A DNA stretch of 64,000 nucleotides from the NCBI GenBank assembly GCA_043816765.1, contig JBDRHN010000023.1, positions 17,353-81,352 of the forward strand, in the 5' to 3' direction. Shown piece by piece: positions 1 through 10,818 of the stretch. Within the stretch, counting starts at the first letter, position 1; each line of letters begins with the position of its first letter. The DNA is from a bacterium (GTDB lineage Bacteria; Patescibacteriota; Patescibacteriia; JBDRHN01). A model generated the notes under the pieces. It saw nothing but the letters and a program-made list of their open reading frames with translations. It was not told where the DNA came from and did no database searches. Position numbers and translations under genes: made by a program.

Positions 1-34
1 GCCTTGTTAGCATATCTGCAATTGGATCAGTCAT
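1..34 (-). CDS. rpsH: 30S ribosomal protein S8, N-terminus (runs off window)
   Basis: Minus strand reads MTDPIADMLTR, the canonical S8 start; follows S14 in spc order. Confidence 0.9.
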   Translation of the reverse strand, partial: MTDPIADMLTR

Positions 35-130
35 AAATTAGTTTAAAATTAAAAGTTAAAAGTTAAAAGTTATAACGTTCAAAGTTGTAAAGTAAAAAAC
101 TTTATAACTTTGAACTTTCAACTTCGCTTT

Positions 131-325
131 CTACCATGAACTCTTAGTAATGCCCGGTATCGCGCCCGTTGACGCCAATTCGCCAAAACATATTCTGCAT
201 AAATTAAATTTTCTCATATATCCGTGTTTTCTGCCGCAACGCCAACATCTTCTAACAATCCTGGAAGAAAATTTCGGTTTCTTTAACGATTTATTTGATT
301 TAACAATTTGTCCTTGTGTAGCCAT
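131..325 (-). CDS. rpsN: 30S ribosomal protein S14 (zinc-binding type Z)
   Basis: RCWRCGR...LCRICF...IPGITKSSW. Confidence 0.97.
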   Translation of the reverse strand: MATQGQIVKSNKSLKKPKFSSRIVRRCWRCGRKHGYMRKFNLCRICFGELASTGAIPGITKSSW

Positions 326-340
326 ATTTAATTAAATAAT

Positions 341-955
341 TTATTTAGATGCGGATGTGTTGGGTTTAGCGCTTTGTTGAAATTTAGATTTAGCCTTTTT
401 TTCTTTTTTCAAATCTTTATTAAAAGGAAATCCCAATAACTCAAACAATAAATAACCATCATTTTTGTTCTTTGCGGTGCTTACAATCGTTACTTCCAAA
501 CCATGAATCCGCTCTACCTCATCAGAACTAATTTCAGGAAAAGACAAGTGCTCTTTAAAACCAATGTTTAAATTTCCATTAGAATCAACAACCGATGTGC
601 GCAGTCCGCGAAAATCTCTTACACGAGGCAATGTGGCATTAATTAACTTGTCAACAAAATCATACATTCGTTTATTTCGCAAAGTTACTTTCATACCGAC
701 AACTGCGCCTTTCCTTAATTTAAAATTAGAAATTGATTTTTTAGCTATAGTATTTAATGGCTTCTGTCCAGTAATTCGCGCTAGAGTATCAATAATTGCT
801 TCTTGGTATTTTGACTCTTTTGTTTTTGAGCCAAAACCAACATTTACTACCACTTTATCTAATCGCGGCGCCATTAAATTATTGCTATAATTCAACTCTT
901 TCTTTAATTTAGGCAAAATTTTTTCTTTATATTTATTTTGCAATCTTGGCATCAT
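341..955 (-). CDS. rplE: 50S ribosomal protein L5 with short basic C-terminal extension
   Basis: ITGQKP, LPRVRDFRGL, FPEI motifs. Confidence 0.98.
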   Translation of the reverse strand: MMPRLQNKYKEKILPKLKKELNYSNNLMAPRLDKVVVNVGFGSKTKESKYQEAIIDTLARITGQKPLNTIAKKSISNFKLRKGAVVGMKVTLRNKRMYDFVDKLINATLPRVRDFRGLRTSVVDSNGNLNIGFKEHLSFPEISSDEVERIHGLEVTIVSTAKNKNDGYLLFELLGFPFNKDLKKEKKAKSKFQQSAKPNTSASK

Positions 956-1011
956 ACTTTAAACTTTATAACTTTTTATAAACTTTTGACTTTATGGACT
1001 TTTGACTTATT

Positions 1012-1344
1012 TTATAATACTTCTTTGCATTTATTGCAAATTCTTACTTTTTGACTTTTTTCTTTTTCGTCTTTAGGCTCTAATATTTTATAATTTACTC
1101 TTGCTTCTTTGTTGCATTTCGGACAAATTAATTTAACATTAGACGCGTTTAACGGCGCTGAAAGCTCAATAATTTGACCTTTTTGCCCCTCTCCTCTTGA
1201 TTTAATATTCTTCTTCAGCAAATTAGCGCCATCAACAACAACCTTATTTTTATCTCCTTTGCAAAAAACCTGTATAACCTTTCCGGTTTTCCCCTTGTCT
1301 TTGCCTGACAATATTTTTACTTTATCATTTTTATGTATTTTCAT
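1012..1344 (-). CDS. rplX: 50S ribosomal protein L24
   Basis: KOW motif DKVKILSGKDKGKTGKV; SNVKLICPKC. Confidence 0.97.
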   Translation of the reverse strand: MKIHKNDKVKILSGKDKGKTGKVIQVFCKGDKNKVVVDGANLLKKNIKSRGEGQKGQIIELSAPLNASNVKLICPKCNKEARVNYKILEPKDEKEKSQKVRICNKCKEVL

Positions 1345-1371
1345 AATTTAATTTTACTAAATTTTAACATT

Positions 1372-1743
1372 CTATAACACTTCAGGCGCTAATGAAACTA
1401 TTTTTTGATATCCGCGCTCTCGCAATTCTTTTGGAATCGGACCAAAAATACGCGTCCCTTTTGGCATTTTATTTTTAGGATCAATCAAAACGCAAGCATT
1501 CTCTTCAAATTTTATATAAACTCCATTGCTTCTTCTTTTTTCCTTTACTTGGCGAACAACTACAGCATGATATATCTCCCCTTTTTTAACAGAACTGTGC
1601 GGCTGAGCCTCTATTACGCTCACTTTAATTACATCTCCAAGTTGCGCAAATCTTTTTTTGTAACCGCCAAAAATATGGAAACATCGTAATAATTTTGCTC
1701 CTGTGTTATCAGCTGATTTTAATATTGTGCATTCTTGAATCAT
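1372..1743 (-). CDS. rplN: 50S ribosomal protein L14
   Basis: MIQECT...ADNTGAK...GTRIFGP...SLAPEVL; start moved to ATG at 1743. Confidence 0.97.
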   Translation of the reverse strand: MIQECTILKSADNTGAKLLRCFHIFGGYKKRFAQLGDVIKVSVIEAQPHSSVKKGEIYHAVVVRQVKEKRRSNGVYIKFEENACVLIDPKNKMPKGTRIFGPIPKELRERGYQKIVSLAPEVL

Positions 1744-1784
1744 AATTTTATCTAATATTCTAAATTTTGCCGCTTTTAATTTTT

Positions 1785-2036
1785 TTAATAAATAACTTTC
1801 CATCTTTTGTCCTTGCTTAATGGACGGCATTCTATAAAATCCACCTTATCTTCTGCGTGAAATTTATTCTGCGAATCATGAACTTTGTAATTCTTGCTGG
1901 TTTTAAAATGCTTTTTATACAATGGATGAATTTTACTTGTCACAACTTTGACCGTAATAGTCTTATCCATCTTATCGCCGACAACTATTCCGCTAAAGGT
2001 TTTTTTTATTATTTTTTTTGTCTCTTTATCGCTCAT
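1785..2036 (-). CDS. rpsQ: 30S ribosomal protein S17
   Basis: KMDKTITV, HPLYKK, ECRPLSKDKRW. Confidence 0.97.
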   Translation of the reverse strand: MSDKETKKIIKKTFSGIVVGDKMDKTITVKVVTSKIHPLYKKHFKTSKNYKVHDSQNKFHAEDKVDFIECRPLSKDKRWKVIY

Positions 2037-2054
2037 ATATTTTAGTAATTACTA

Positions 2055-2240
2055 TTACTTATTACTGTTTACTAGAGTTAAAATTCTCGCAATCGTCTTT
2101 TTGGCTTCTCTTATCGCTTGAACATTCTTCAACTGTTTATTGGCGTCTTTAAAACGGATATCTCTTAATTTTTCCCGCGTAAGAGCCAATAGACGTTTCA
2201 ATTCCGCCTCCGGTTTATTTTTTAATTCTAAAATTTCCAT
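2055..2240 (-). CDS. rpmC: 50S ribosomal protein L29
   Basis: IREAKKTIARILT; position between L16 and S17. Confidence 0.95.
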   Translation of the reverse strand: MEILELKNKPEAELKRLLALTREKLRDIRFKDANKQLKNVQAIREAKKTIARILTLVNSNK

Positions 2241-2244
2241 ATAT

Positions 2245-2658
2245 TTATTCTTTAATAATCACTCTAGTTCTAACGGGTAATTTGTGTCCTGCCAACGTCA
2301 AAGCCTCTTTAGCGATTTTTTCTTCAACGCCATCCATTTCAAATAAAATCGCGCCAGGCTTAACAACAGCAACATAATACTCAACAGAACCCTTGCCGCT
2401 TCCCATGGTTGACTGTTCACCCTTTTGCGTTATCGGTTTATCCGGAAAAATTCTAACCCAATACTTGCCGCCCTTTTTGGTATAACGGGTTATTACGCGC
2501 CTAGCAGCTTCAATTTGTCTTGAAGATACCCAATGGTGGCTAGTCGCTTTTAACCCATAATTTCCAAAAGCTAAATCCAACAATCTTGAAGACTGCCCAA
2601 GGTTTCGCCGCCTGCCTTTGTGCCACTTTCTGTGTTTTACTTTTTTAGGAATCAACAT
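2245..2658 (-). CDS. rplP: 50S ribosomal protein L16
   Basis: [24 protein letters not shown]. Confidence 0.98.
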   Translation of the reverse strand: MLIPKKVKHRKWHKGRRRNLGQSSRLLDLAFGNYGLKATSHHWVSSRQIEAARRVITRYTKKGGKYWVRIFPDKPITQKGEQSTMGSGKGSVEYYVAVVKPGAILFEMDGVEEKIAKEALTLAGHKLPVRTRVIIKE

Positions 2659-2661
2659 AAA

Positions 2662-3318
2662 TTATTTAAATTTCTCTCCTTTATAAATCCATACTTTTAC
2701 GCCAATAGCTCCAAAAATAGTTCTTGCTGTTCCCTTCGCATAATCAATTTTCGCCCGTATTGTCTGCAAAGGCAACTTTCCCGAGCTCAAACTTTCGCTT
2801 CTTGCTATCTCTACTCCATTTAGCCTTCCTGAAACATTAATTTTTACGCCTTTCGCGCCAGCCTTTTCAACGCGACCGATAGATTGTTTCATTACTTTTC
2901 TAAATAACACCCTCTTTTCCAGCTCAGCTATAATTCCTTGCAACACAATATTCGCATCAAGACTTGGTTTATCCACCTCTTTAACATCAATATTCAATAT
3001 ATACTTTTGACCAGTCCTGCTGGTAAATTTTTCAATAAATTTATTATATAACTCTTTTTTCAAATCTTCTATTCCAGCTCCGCCGCGACCTATAATAAGA
3101 CCGGGTTTCGCGGAATAAATAATAATATTAATATTATTGCGAAGACGTTCAATGTCTATGGCAGACATTGCGGAGTTCTTAAACTTAATTTCAAGATGAT
3201 CTCTTAATTTTACGTCTTGCTCCAATAAGACACTATAATCTTTTTTTGAAAACCAACGAGAACTCCAATTCACTGAAGCGCCTATGCGAAATAATTTTGG
3301 ATTAACTTTTCTTCCCAT
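2662..3318 (-). CDS. rpsC: 30S ribosomal protein S3
   Basis: MGRKVNP, PGLIIGRGG, GVKVWIYKGE. Confidence 0.98.
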   Translation of the reverse strand: MGRKVNPKLFRIGASVNWSSRWFSKKDYSVLLEQDVKLRDHLEIKFKNSAMSAIDIERLRNNINIIIYSAKPGLIIGRGGAGIEDLKKELYNKFIEKFTSRTGQKYILNIDVKEVDKPSLDANIVLQGIIAELEKRVLFRKVMKQSIGRVEKAGAKGVKINVSGRLNGVEIARSESLSSGKLPLQTIRAKIDYAKGTARTIFGAIGVKVWIYKGEKFK

Positions 3319-3366
3319 ATAATAATCATTTAAAACTTTAAACTTTTGAAATTTGAACTTTATATC

Positions 3367-3906
3367 CTATCCTGATTTCCTCTGAAACACTTTCTTTTTA
3401 AAACCCTTGTTCGCCCAATGACCTTTTGATTCCCTGTCAAACAATTTTTTGTCTTTGGCAGAAGAAACAACAGACCCGCCTTCGCCTTTAATATCTTTTT
3501 CTTTTATTTCACTTGATTTTGGCGAATCAGTGGCAACTTTTTCAGCTTTTTTAATATTTTTTAATTTTGTTGGAACTTTTTCATCTAAAACCAAATTAAT
3601 ATGGCTTGCTTTTTTTCTAATCATTGCCGCCCGCCCGAAAGCTCTTTGCGTCCATCTTTTTATGGTAATGCCGCCGTCAACTCTAATTTCTTTAATAAAT
3701 AAATTACTTTTCTGCAGACCAAAATTATTTTCACCATTGGCAATAGCCGAATTTAATAACTTTAAAACATCTTTTGCTGATCTTTTATTTAAAAAACTTA
3801 GCTGTTTCTGAGCCTCTTGCGCGTCCATTCCTTTGACTAAATTAACCACCAGCCTTACTTTTTTTGGACTAATTCTTAAATTTTTTATACTTGCTTTTAC
3901 TTGCAT
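3367..3906 (-). CDS. rplV: 50S ribosomal protein L22 with C-terminal extension
   Basis: LRISPKKVRLV, SAIAN, RAFGRA; about 65 extra residues after the core; start moved to MQVKAS. Confidence 0.95.
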   Translation of the reverse strand: MQVKASIKNLRISPKKVRLVVNLVKGMDAQEAQKQLSFLNKRSAKDVLKLLNSAIANGENNFGLQKSNLFIKEIRVDGGITIKRWTQRAFGRAAMIRKKASHINLVLDEKVPTKLKNIKKAEKVATDSPKSSEIKEKDIKGEGGSVVSSAKDKKLFDRESKGHWANKGFKKKVFQRKSG

Positions 3907-3977
3907 AACTTTATTGAACGGTTTGAAAAAGCCAAACTCCGTCAAACCTGCCTCTTTTTTACAAAATGCGCCTTAAT

Positions 3978-4265
3978 TTATTTTCCTTTTGCTTTTTCCG
4001 CTTTTGCCATTTTACCGCCATGTTTTATAAACTTGCGGGTAGGCGAAAATTCACCCAATTTATGACCAACCATATTTTCAGTAATACTAACAGAAATAAA
4101 TTCTTTCCCATTATGAACGGCAAAAACAAAGCCAACCATTTCGGGAGTGATACTGCAAGCGCGCGACCACGTCTTAATCGCTGTTTTGTCGCCCTGCTTT
4201 AGATTGCCAATCTTCTTTAAAATATTTGGATCAACGAAAGGACCCTTTTTAAGACTTCTAGACAT
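3978..4265 (-). CDS. rpsS: 30S ribosomal protein S19
   Basis: [25 protein letters not shown]. Confidence 0.98.
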   Translation of the reverse strand: MSRSLKKGPFVDPNILKKIGNLKQGDKTAIKTWSRACSITPEMVGFVFAVHNGKEFISVSITENMVGHKLGEFSPTRKFIKHGGKMAKAEKAKGK

Positions 4266-4358
4266 AATATTTTAGTAATCGGCAACAAGTCCTTCGCAAC
4301 TATAATAATTTTAAATTTACTGATTACTGATTACTGATTACTTATTACTTATTACTTA

Positions 4359-5201
4359 TTACTTTCTCTTGCTTTTCCTTCGCGAAACAATCATCTTGCT
4401 GGAAAATTTTTTCTTTTTTCTGGTTTTAACGCCAAGCGCGCATTTTCCCCATGGTGTCTTTGGTCCTTTCAAGCCAATAGACGTATTTCCCTCTCCTCCG
4501 CCATGCGGATGATCGCATGGATTCATCGCTTTTCCTCTTACTGACGGCCTAAAACCCCTATGGCGCAATCTTCCCGCCTTGCCCCAACGAATATTTTTAT
4601 AATCAAGATTGCTAACTACTCCAACTGTGGCTAAACATTCTTTTGGTATCATGCGGATTTCGCTTGAAGGCAATTTAATGTGCGTATATTTTCCTTCTGT
4701 TCCCAGTACTTTTATGCTGGTTCCAGCCCCTCTCCCTAATTCGCCGCCCTTTCCTGAAATTAACTCAACATTATGAACAAACATTCCTGTCGGAATAAAT
4801 TCAATAGGCATTCTGTTGCCATTTTTAATTTCAATATCTTTTTTGGAAGAAATAACAACATCATTAATTTTCAAACCGTTGGTTGCTATAATATAACTTC
4901 TTTCTCCGTTTTTGTAAAGCAACCTTGCTATTCTTGCGTTTCTATTTGGATCATATTCAATCGTTTCAATTTTTGCTGGAATATCAAATATATCCTGCTT
5001 AAAATCAATTAAACGAATTCGTCTTTTCGCTCCGCCCCCGCGATGCCTGATTGTAATCTTTCCGCTTGAATTGCGACCAGCCTTTCTTTTCTTTGCTATA
5101 GTTAATTTTTTTAATGGCGAGGCAATTGTGATATCGCTAAAATCATCAACGTTTGAAATGCGACGACCTGGCGATGTTGGCTTGTATCTCTTAATTCCCA
5201 T
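4359..5201 (-). CDS. rplB: 50S ribosomal protein L2
   Basis: YKPTSPGRR, EYDPNR, MNPCDHPHGGGEG; start at MGIKRY. Confidence 0.98.
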   Translation of the reverse strand: MGIKRYKPTSPGRRISNVDDFSDITIASPLKKLTIAKKRKAGRNSSGKITIRHRGGGAKRRIRLIDFKQDIFDIPAKIETIEYDPNRNARIARLLYKNGERSYIIATNGLKINDVVISSKKDIEIKNGNRMPIEFIPTGMFVHNVELISGKGGELGRGAGTSIKVLGTEGKYTHIKLPSSEIRMIPKECLATVGVVSNLDYKNIRWGKAGRLRHRGFRPSVRGKAMNPCDHPHGGGEGNTSIGLKGPKTPWGKCALGVKTRKKKKFSSKMIVSRRKSKRK

Positions 5202-5206
5202 ATTTT

Positions 5207-5704
5207 TTATATCCCTTCGTAAATTTGTATACTTTTGCCTTTTGGTAGAGTAATAATAGCTTTTTTCCAATCTTTTCTTTTTCCATAAACTCTTCCGAAA
5301 CGAACTTTTTTACCTTGAGCATTGATTATATTAACTTTAATAGGTTTAATTCCATATACAGCTTCAATCGCTTTTTTAATCTCAGGCTTATTCGCTCTTT
5401 TGCTAACTATAAAAATATATTGATTCATCTTTCCCGCCTCTGCGGCTTTCTCGCTAATCAATGGTTTGATTAAAACTTTATAAGCATCTTTTGTGTTTTC
5501 TTTCAACTCTTTTTTTGATTCTTTCTTTGCTTCCTTGCTGCTGGATTCTTTTAACAATTCTTTCTTTGTCTCTTTTGCGCCATCTTTTGCTTTATCATCC
5601 TTTTTTGGCTCAACCTCAATAATAGAAGCCTTTTTTTTTGCCTCTTTTTCTTCATCTTTGCCTTTAAACTTTAACGATTTTAATGTTTTATTTAAAAAAC
5701 CCAT
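5207..5704 (-). CDS. rplW: 50S ribosomal protein L23 with long Lys/Glu-rich N-terminal extension
   Basis: PLISEKA, ANKPEIKKAIE, WKKAIITL core preceded by about 70 charged residues. Confidence 0.95.
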   Translation of the reverse strand: MGFLNKTLKSLKFKGKDEEKEAKKKASIIEVEPKKDDKAKDGAKETKKELLKESSSKEAKKESKKELKENTKDAYKVLIKPLISEKAAEAGKMNQYIFIVSKRANKPEIKKAIEAVYGIKPIKVNIINAQGKKVRFGRVYGKRKDWKKAIITLPKGKSIQIYEGI

Positions 5705-5785
5705 TTTTGAAATTGTTATATAATTATATTGCTAATTAATTTTAGGACTTCCGCGTTTTTTGTTAAAATTTCAGAAATCAACTCA

Positions 5786-6526
5786 TTATTTTGCCGCCGG
5801 CTTCAGATAAGTCTTTTCAATCACTTTTAAACTATCCAACGGCATAATTAAATATTTATATTTCAACACATCAACAACATTCAAACTATCTGCCTTAATA
5901 ATTTCTATGTTTTTTAAGTTTCGCGCTGACAAAAGAATCGGCTCCTGTTTTTGGGGAATTATTATCAAAGATTTGGCAATTTCTTTGATTTCCAACATAT
6001 TTTTCTCAGCTTGTTTATTATTTAATTTCTTGTCTTTGGCTTTATTTATCGGTTTGATTTTTTTAACTTTTGTTTCAAAAACTGGCAATTTTTTTAAAAT
6101 ATCAAGAAGTCTTCCTGTCTTAGCCTTGTCTATATCCAAATCTTTAAGCAAAATAATCCAACCGCTTTTAGCCTTGTCGCTTAAACACATAAACAGAGCT
6201 TTTTTCTTCATCTTCTTATTAATCTGTTTTGTAAAATTCCTTGTGTTGCGCGGTCCGAATGTGACCCCTCCGCCTACCCATAACGGCGAACGAATAGAAC
6301 CATGCCTTGCTCGCCCAGTCCCTTTTTGCTTCCAAGGTTTTTTACCTCCGCCGCGCACTTCTCCGCGATCTTTTGTGTGCGCTAATATCTGCCTGGCATT
6401 CGCCAATTGAGCCTCCGCCGCTTGATGAACTAATCCGATGTTTAATTCAATATCAAAAATATTCGGATTTAATTCTATATCCTCAACAACTTCGCCATTT
6501 ATATTGTAAACTTTTGTCTTATTCAT
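5786..6526 (-). CDS. rplD: 50S ribosomal protein L4
   Basis: RGGGKKPWKQKGTGRARHGSIRSP; Lys-rich internal insertion; start at MNKTKV. Confidence 0.97.
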   Translation of the reverse strand: MNKTKVYNINGEVVEDIELNPNIFDIELNIGLVHQAAEAQLANARQILAHTKDRGEVRGGGKKPWKQKGTGRARHGSIRSPLWVGGGVTFGPRNTRNFTKQINKKMKKKALFMCLSDKAKSGWIILLKDLDIDKAKTGRLLDILKKLPVFETKVKKIKPINKAKDKKLNNKQAEKNMLEIKEIAKSLIIIPQKQEPILLSARNLKNIEIIKADSLNVVDVLKYKYLIMPLDSLKVIEKTYLKPAAK

Positions 6527-6613
6527 AATAATTAGTCGAAAGTCTGTAAAGTTGAAGGTCAATAAAGTCCTTAATGTTCAAAAGCCAGTGACTTTTTATA
6601 GACTTTATAGACT

Positions 6614-7225
6614 CTATAAACTAATCTCCACCAGTCCATTCCTTGCGCCTGGAACTGCTCCTTTTATAAAAATTATATTTTTATCTTTATCTATTTCTAT
6701 TACTTTTAAATTTTTAACAGTAATACGTTTATCTCCCATATGCCCAGGCATTCTCATTCCCTTAAAAACTCGAGCGGGACCTGTGGCTCCTATGGAACCA
6801 GGCATTCTTAATTGATCTTTGTGTCCATGAGAAGCCGGACTTCCTGAAAATCCATGTCTTCTAACTACCCCCTGAAACCCCTTACCCTTAGAAATTCCTG
6901 ATACTTGAACCATATCGCCAATTTCAAAATTTTCAACACTAATTTTATCACCCCGTTTCAATCCTTCTTTGTTGTCAAAATTATCAATCCTAAATTCTCT
7001 CAAATATCTAAACTTATCCAAATCTTTTAAGTGCCCAGTTTCTGGTTTGTTCAACTTATTTTTAGTCAAAAAACCAATCTGAATAGCGTTGTAACCATCC
7101 TTTTTGGTTGTCCTTATTTGAGTAATAACACACGGACCGACCAATACCGCAGTCACAGGAACAACTGTTCCATCATCCACAAATTTCTGCGTCATCTCTA
7201 ATTTTTTACCTAAGATAAATTTCAT
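6614..7225 (-). CDS. rplC: 50S ribosomal protein L3
   Basis: SKGKGFQGVVRRH, PGSIG, KGAVPG. Confidence 0.98.
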   Translation of the reverse strand: MKFILGKKLEMTQKFVDDGTVVPVTAVLVGPCVITQIRTTKKDGYNAIQIGFLTKNKLNKPETGHLKDLDKFRYLREFRIDNFDNKEGLKRGDKISVENFEIGDMVQVSGISKGKGFQGVVRRHGFSGSPASHGHKDQLRMPGSIGATGPARVFKGMRMPGHMGDKRITVKNLKVIEIDKDKNIIFIKGAVPGARNGLVEISL

Positions 7226-7469
7226 AATTTAGAGTAAATTAAAAACCAGAAACTTGTTTATATTTTTTAATATAAACAAGTTTCCAGTCCTTAAAATTTT
7301 AAACATTCAAAACTGTCAAAAGTTTTATTTTAAGTTTTTGTCTGTTTTCAAAATCTCCTTATCCAATCTATCTCTAAACAAAGTTTTTCACTTTCATTTA
7401 CACTTCAATTGATCTAGTGACTTCTCTTTGTTTTTTAAAAGATTAGTTTTTATCAAATATATTTTAATT

Positions 7470-7814
7470 TTACATTTTTATCTCTACATCAACTCCGGCA
7501 GGTAAATTCAAACTCATTAAATTATCAACTGTTTGCGACGTCGGATCAATAATATCAATCAGTCTTTTGTGGATTCTCATTTCATACTGATCGCGCGCGT
7601 CTTTGTGCACAAATGTTGATCGCATAACTGTATATTTACGCTTTTTGGTCGGCAAAGGAATCGGACCGCAAACTTTTGCCGCCGTTCTTTTGGCTGTTTC
7701 AATAATCGTATTGGTAGATTGATCTATGATCTTATGATCATAAGCCTTAATTTTAATTCTAATCCTCTGGTGATTGTCTTCTGCGTTTTCTTGTTCTTGT
7801 TTATTGTCCGGCAT
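7470..7814 (-). CDS. rpsJ: 30S ribosomal protein S10
   Basis: [25 protein letters not shown]. Confidence 0.98.
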   Translation of the reverse strand: MPDNKQEQENAEDNHQRIRIKIKAYDHKIIDQSTNTIIETAKRTAAKVCGPIPLPTKKRKYTVMRSTFVHKDARDQYEMRIHKRLIDIIDPTSQTVDNLMSLNLPAGVDVEIKM

Positions 7815-7894
7815 CTTTATTTGAGTAATCGCAATCAGTAACTAGTAATTTTAAAATTACCGTTTACTAGTTACTGATTACTGATTACTTAATT

Positions 7895-9085
7895 TTACTT
7901 CAAAATTTTAGTTACCGCGCCGGCGCCGACTGTGTGTCCGCCCTCGCGAATAGCAAATCTCATCTGCTCTTCCATCGCAACCGGAGCAATCAATTTAATA
8001 ACCAGATTAACAGTATCACCAGGCATAACCATTTCAGTGCCTTCAGGCAAAACAACTTCTCCTGTCACATCTGTTGTTCTTACATAAAATTGAGGTTTGT
8101 AGCCTTTAAAAAACGGTTTGTGACGTCCGCCTTCGTCTTTTGTTAAAACATAAACTTGCGCCTCAAATTCGGTATGCGGCGTAATTGATCCCGGTTTAGC
8201 CAAAACTTGTCCCCGTTCTACTTCATCTTTCTTTGTTCCGCGAAGCAATACTCCTGCGTTATCGCCAGCCCTTCCTTCATCCAAAGATTTGTTAAACATT
8301 TCAATGCCTATTACTGTTGTCTTTTGCGTATCGCGCAAACCGACAATTTCTACTTCGTTGTTTATATTGACAACCCCTCTTTCAATTCTTCCTGTCACAA
8401 CAGTGCCGCGGCCTTCAATCGAAAAAATATCTTCAATCGGCATCAAGAAATCTTTTTCAACATCGCGTTTTGGCTCTGGGATAAAAGTGTCTAGAGCATT
8501 CATTAAATCTAAAATTGGTTTAGATGCCGCGTCATCATCCGGACTTTCTAACGCTTTTAGCGCCGAACCTCTGATAAACGGAGTATCTTCCCTTAAAAGT
8601 TCATATTTTTTAAGCAAATCTTTAATTTCTTCTTCTACCAAATCAATTAATTCAGCATCCTGAACTTGATCAACTTTGTTGATAAAAACAACAATATAAG
8701 GCACTCCAACCTGTTTTGCGAGCAAAATATGCTCTCTTGTCTGAGGCATAGGTCCGTCAGTGGCTGAAACCACTAAAATTGCTCCATCCATTTGGGCAGC
8801 GCCTGTGATCATGTTTTTAACATAATCCGCGTGTCCTGGACAATCAACATGGGCATAGTGTCTGTTTGCCGTTTGATACTCAACATGAGATGTATTAATA
8901 GTAATACCGCGCTCCTTTTCTTCAGGAGCATTGTCAATTTGATCAACGCTTTTGTTTTGCGCTATAAATCCTTTTGCGGATAAAACCTTTAGAATAGCCG
9001 CCGTTAACGTTGTCTTGCCATGATCAACATGGCCGATTGTGCCCACATTAATATGCGGTTTGCTTCTGTCAAATTGTTCTGCCAT
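7895..9085 (-). CDS. tuf: Elongation factor Tu
   Basis: [25 protein letters not shown]; start at MAEQFDRS. Confidence 0.99.
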   Translation of the reverse strand: MAEQFDRSKPHINVGTIGHVDHGKTTLTAAILKVLSAKGFIAQNKSVDQIDNAPEEKERGITINTSHVEYQTANRHYAHVDCPGHADYVKNMITGAAQMDGAILVVSATDGPMPQTREHILLAKQVGVPYIVVFINKVDQVQDAELIDLVEEEIKDLLKKYELLREDTPFIRGSALKALESPDDDAASKPILDLMNALDTFIPEPKRDVEKDFLMPIEDIFSIEGRGTVVTGRIERGVVNINNEVEIVGLRDTQKTTVIGIEMFNKSLDEGRAGDNAGVLLRGTKKDEVERGQVLAKPGSITPHTEFEAQVYVLTKDEGGRHKPFFKGYKPQFYVRTTDVTGEVVLPEGTEMVMPGDTVNLVIKLIAPVAMEEQMRFAIREGGHTVGAGAVTKILK

Positions 9086-9174
9086 TTTTTTATCTCCTTT
9101 GAGCGACACCCCATTTTTGGAGTTTTGTATCCAATCGCCTTTATTTAATTATTTAATAAAAAATATTAATTTTC

Positions 9175-9492
9175 TTACTCATCCTCATCATCAACCGGCT
9201 CAAAATAATATTCATCTTCTTCTTCTTCTGTTTCTCTGATATTGTGAACAAAATTATCGCCCGCAACATCACTTTCGCCATATTCTTGCATGCTTTTCCA
9301 AATAGCTATATCACGATTTATTTTAGTCAATAATTCCTCTTCTGTCAAACCTTTCACATCTTTGCCGCTATTTATAACCTTTTCATATTCAGACAAACCC
9401 ATAATAACAAATTGCGGATCGATCTGCTCGTTCACAACTATAATATTCTCTCCTCTTGATAATAACTTTGTAATTTTCGCTAAATTATTCAT
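9175..9492 (-). CDS. Hypothetical protein with acidic C-terminal tail
   Basis: 105-aa ORF upstream of tuf; LTEEELLTKINRDIAIW and EEEEDEYYFEP tail. Confidence 0.7.
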   Translation of the reverse strand: MNNLAKITKLLSRGENIIVVNEQIDPQFVIMGLSEYEKVINSGKDVKGLTEEELLTKINRDIAIWKSMQEYGESDVAGDNFVHNIRETEEEEDEYYFEPVDDEDE

Positions 9493-9702
9493 AGCTGTAT
9501 TGTCTTAAAATAAATCAAAATTAAATATCAATTTTTTTATACCGCGATAAAACAATAAAGTGCGCATATTATATTACAACGATTTTAAAAAGTCAAATTA
9601 TTTAAACGCTTTTTCATGACTTATCCACAACCAAGGACTTGAGAGAAAATAACTTGTTCAAATTATTTTAAATATTTTATCCGCAATCAAAGCCTAAACT
9701 TT

Positions 9703-10770
9703 TTAACCAATTATAACCTTTTGCGCCAAACTTTGAAAAAAATGAAACTTGGCGGTAATCAAAAAAATAATAATCGCAACTGCCGCCAAACTTTGAAAAA
9801 TAACAGCCGGATGTTGAATTTGAATTTTTATTAAAATATTTAAAATCAAAATCAATGCTAAAAAACCCAAACCAAAAAACATAAAATAATCAAAATATTT
9901 TAAAACGACGTTAATTAAACTAGACTTAAAATTCAAAGCAGATTGCTTTACTTCAACTTCTTTAACTTTTGGCTCAATCGGATAATTCTCCCCAAGATCA
10001 ATCTCCTCGCCCATAACTTCAATAGGCAAATTGTTTTCTTGATTTTCTTTCAAACCATCCAAGCCCGCAACCCCCCTTATTGGCGGGACTTCCCCCGTCG
10101 CGGGGACAGGTTCGGCGACGCCGCCGAACCTGCCCCCGCTTGTTTTCTTGATTTCTTGATTAACGTCCCGTTCCTTTCCAAACATCTCAACCATAACCAT
10201 AGTTTTCTTGCCATTCATCTCTCCAATTAAAACAGCTACTCCGATATCATTAAATTTTGGGTTGACAATATTTTTTTTATGAGTCGCGCTTGCCAAAAGA
10301 GCTAAATGCGCCACTTCGGCAGAAGTGAAATTCATTGCTAAATTCTCGCCGGCATTCGTATAGTCATATTCCTTTTTGTCAATCCACTGCCACGGTTTTT
10401 TGCCGTCTGACGTATCATGCGCGAAATATTGATTAAGTAACATATCTTGAGCTTTATCTTTTGCGGCCTTTTCTAAAATTGGGTTAACTTTCAAGGGGGG
10501 GACACCCTCTTCAATTCTTGTTTTATTGGCAAGCTCAATGATTTGATGATAAATATCTGTTGAAAGATAAACAAAATTAGGATATATAATAAACAAAAAC
10601 AGAGTTATAAAAACTTTAAACATAATTAAAAGAGCGACAATCGCGCTCAATGATTTTGAATGCAAAATTTTTGGGCAATAATCATTTTCGGCTGTGGGAA
10701 TTAACCCGTCTTTTGCCTTTTTTCTGATAGAATTGTTTAAAAATTTCGGTTTTTGAACACTTTTTTTCAT
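9703..10770 (-). CDS. CAP/SCP-domain membrane protein
   Basis: LANKTR...AKDKAQDMLLNQYFAH...AGENLA...SATHKKNI...DIGVAV; N- and C-terminal TM segments. Confidence 0.85.
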   Translation of the reverse strand: MKKSVQKPKFLNNSIRKKAKDGLIPTAENDYCPKILHSKSLSAIVALLIMFKVFITLFLFIIYPNFVYLSTDIYHQIIELANKTRIEEGVPPLKVNPILEKAAKDKAQDMLLNQYFAHDTSDGKKPWQWIDKKEYDYTNAGENLAMNFTSAEVAHLALLASATHKKNIVNPKFNDIGVAVLIGEMNGKKTMVMVEMFGKERDVNQEIKKTSGGRFGGVAEPVPATGEVPPIRGVAGLDGLKENQENNLPIEVMGEEIDLGENYPIEPKVKEVEVKQSALNFKSSLINVVLKYFDYFMFFGLGFLALILILNILIKIQIQHPAVIFQSLAAVAIIIFLITAKFHFFQSLAQKVIIG

Positions 10771-10818
10771 AGATATAACTATAACAATTTTTTTGAATTT
10801 TGTCAAATTTTCAAAAAA

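Noticed and set aside
9621-9629. DnaA box TTATCCACA (another at 31946-31954) suggesting oriC
   Set aside because: Isolated single boxes with no cluster and no dnaA/dnaN nearby
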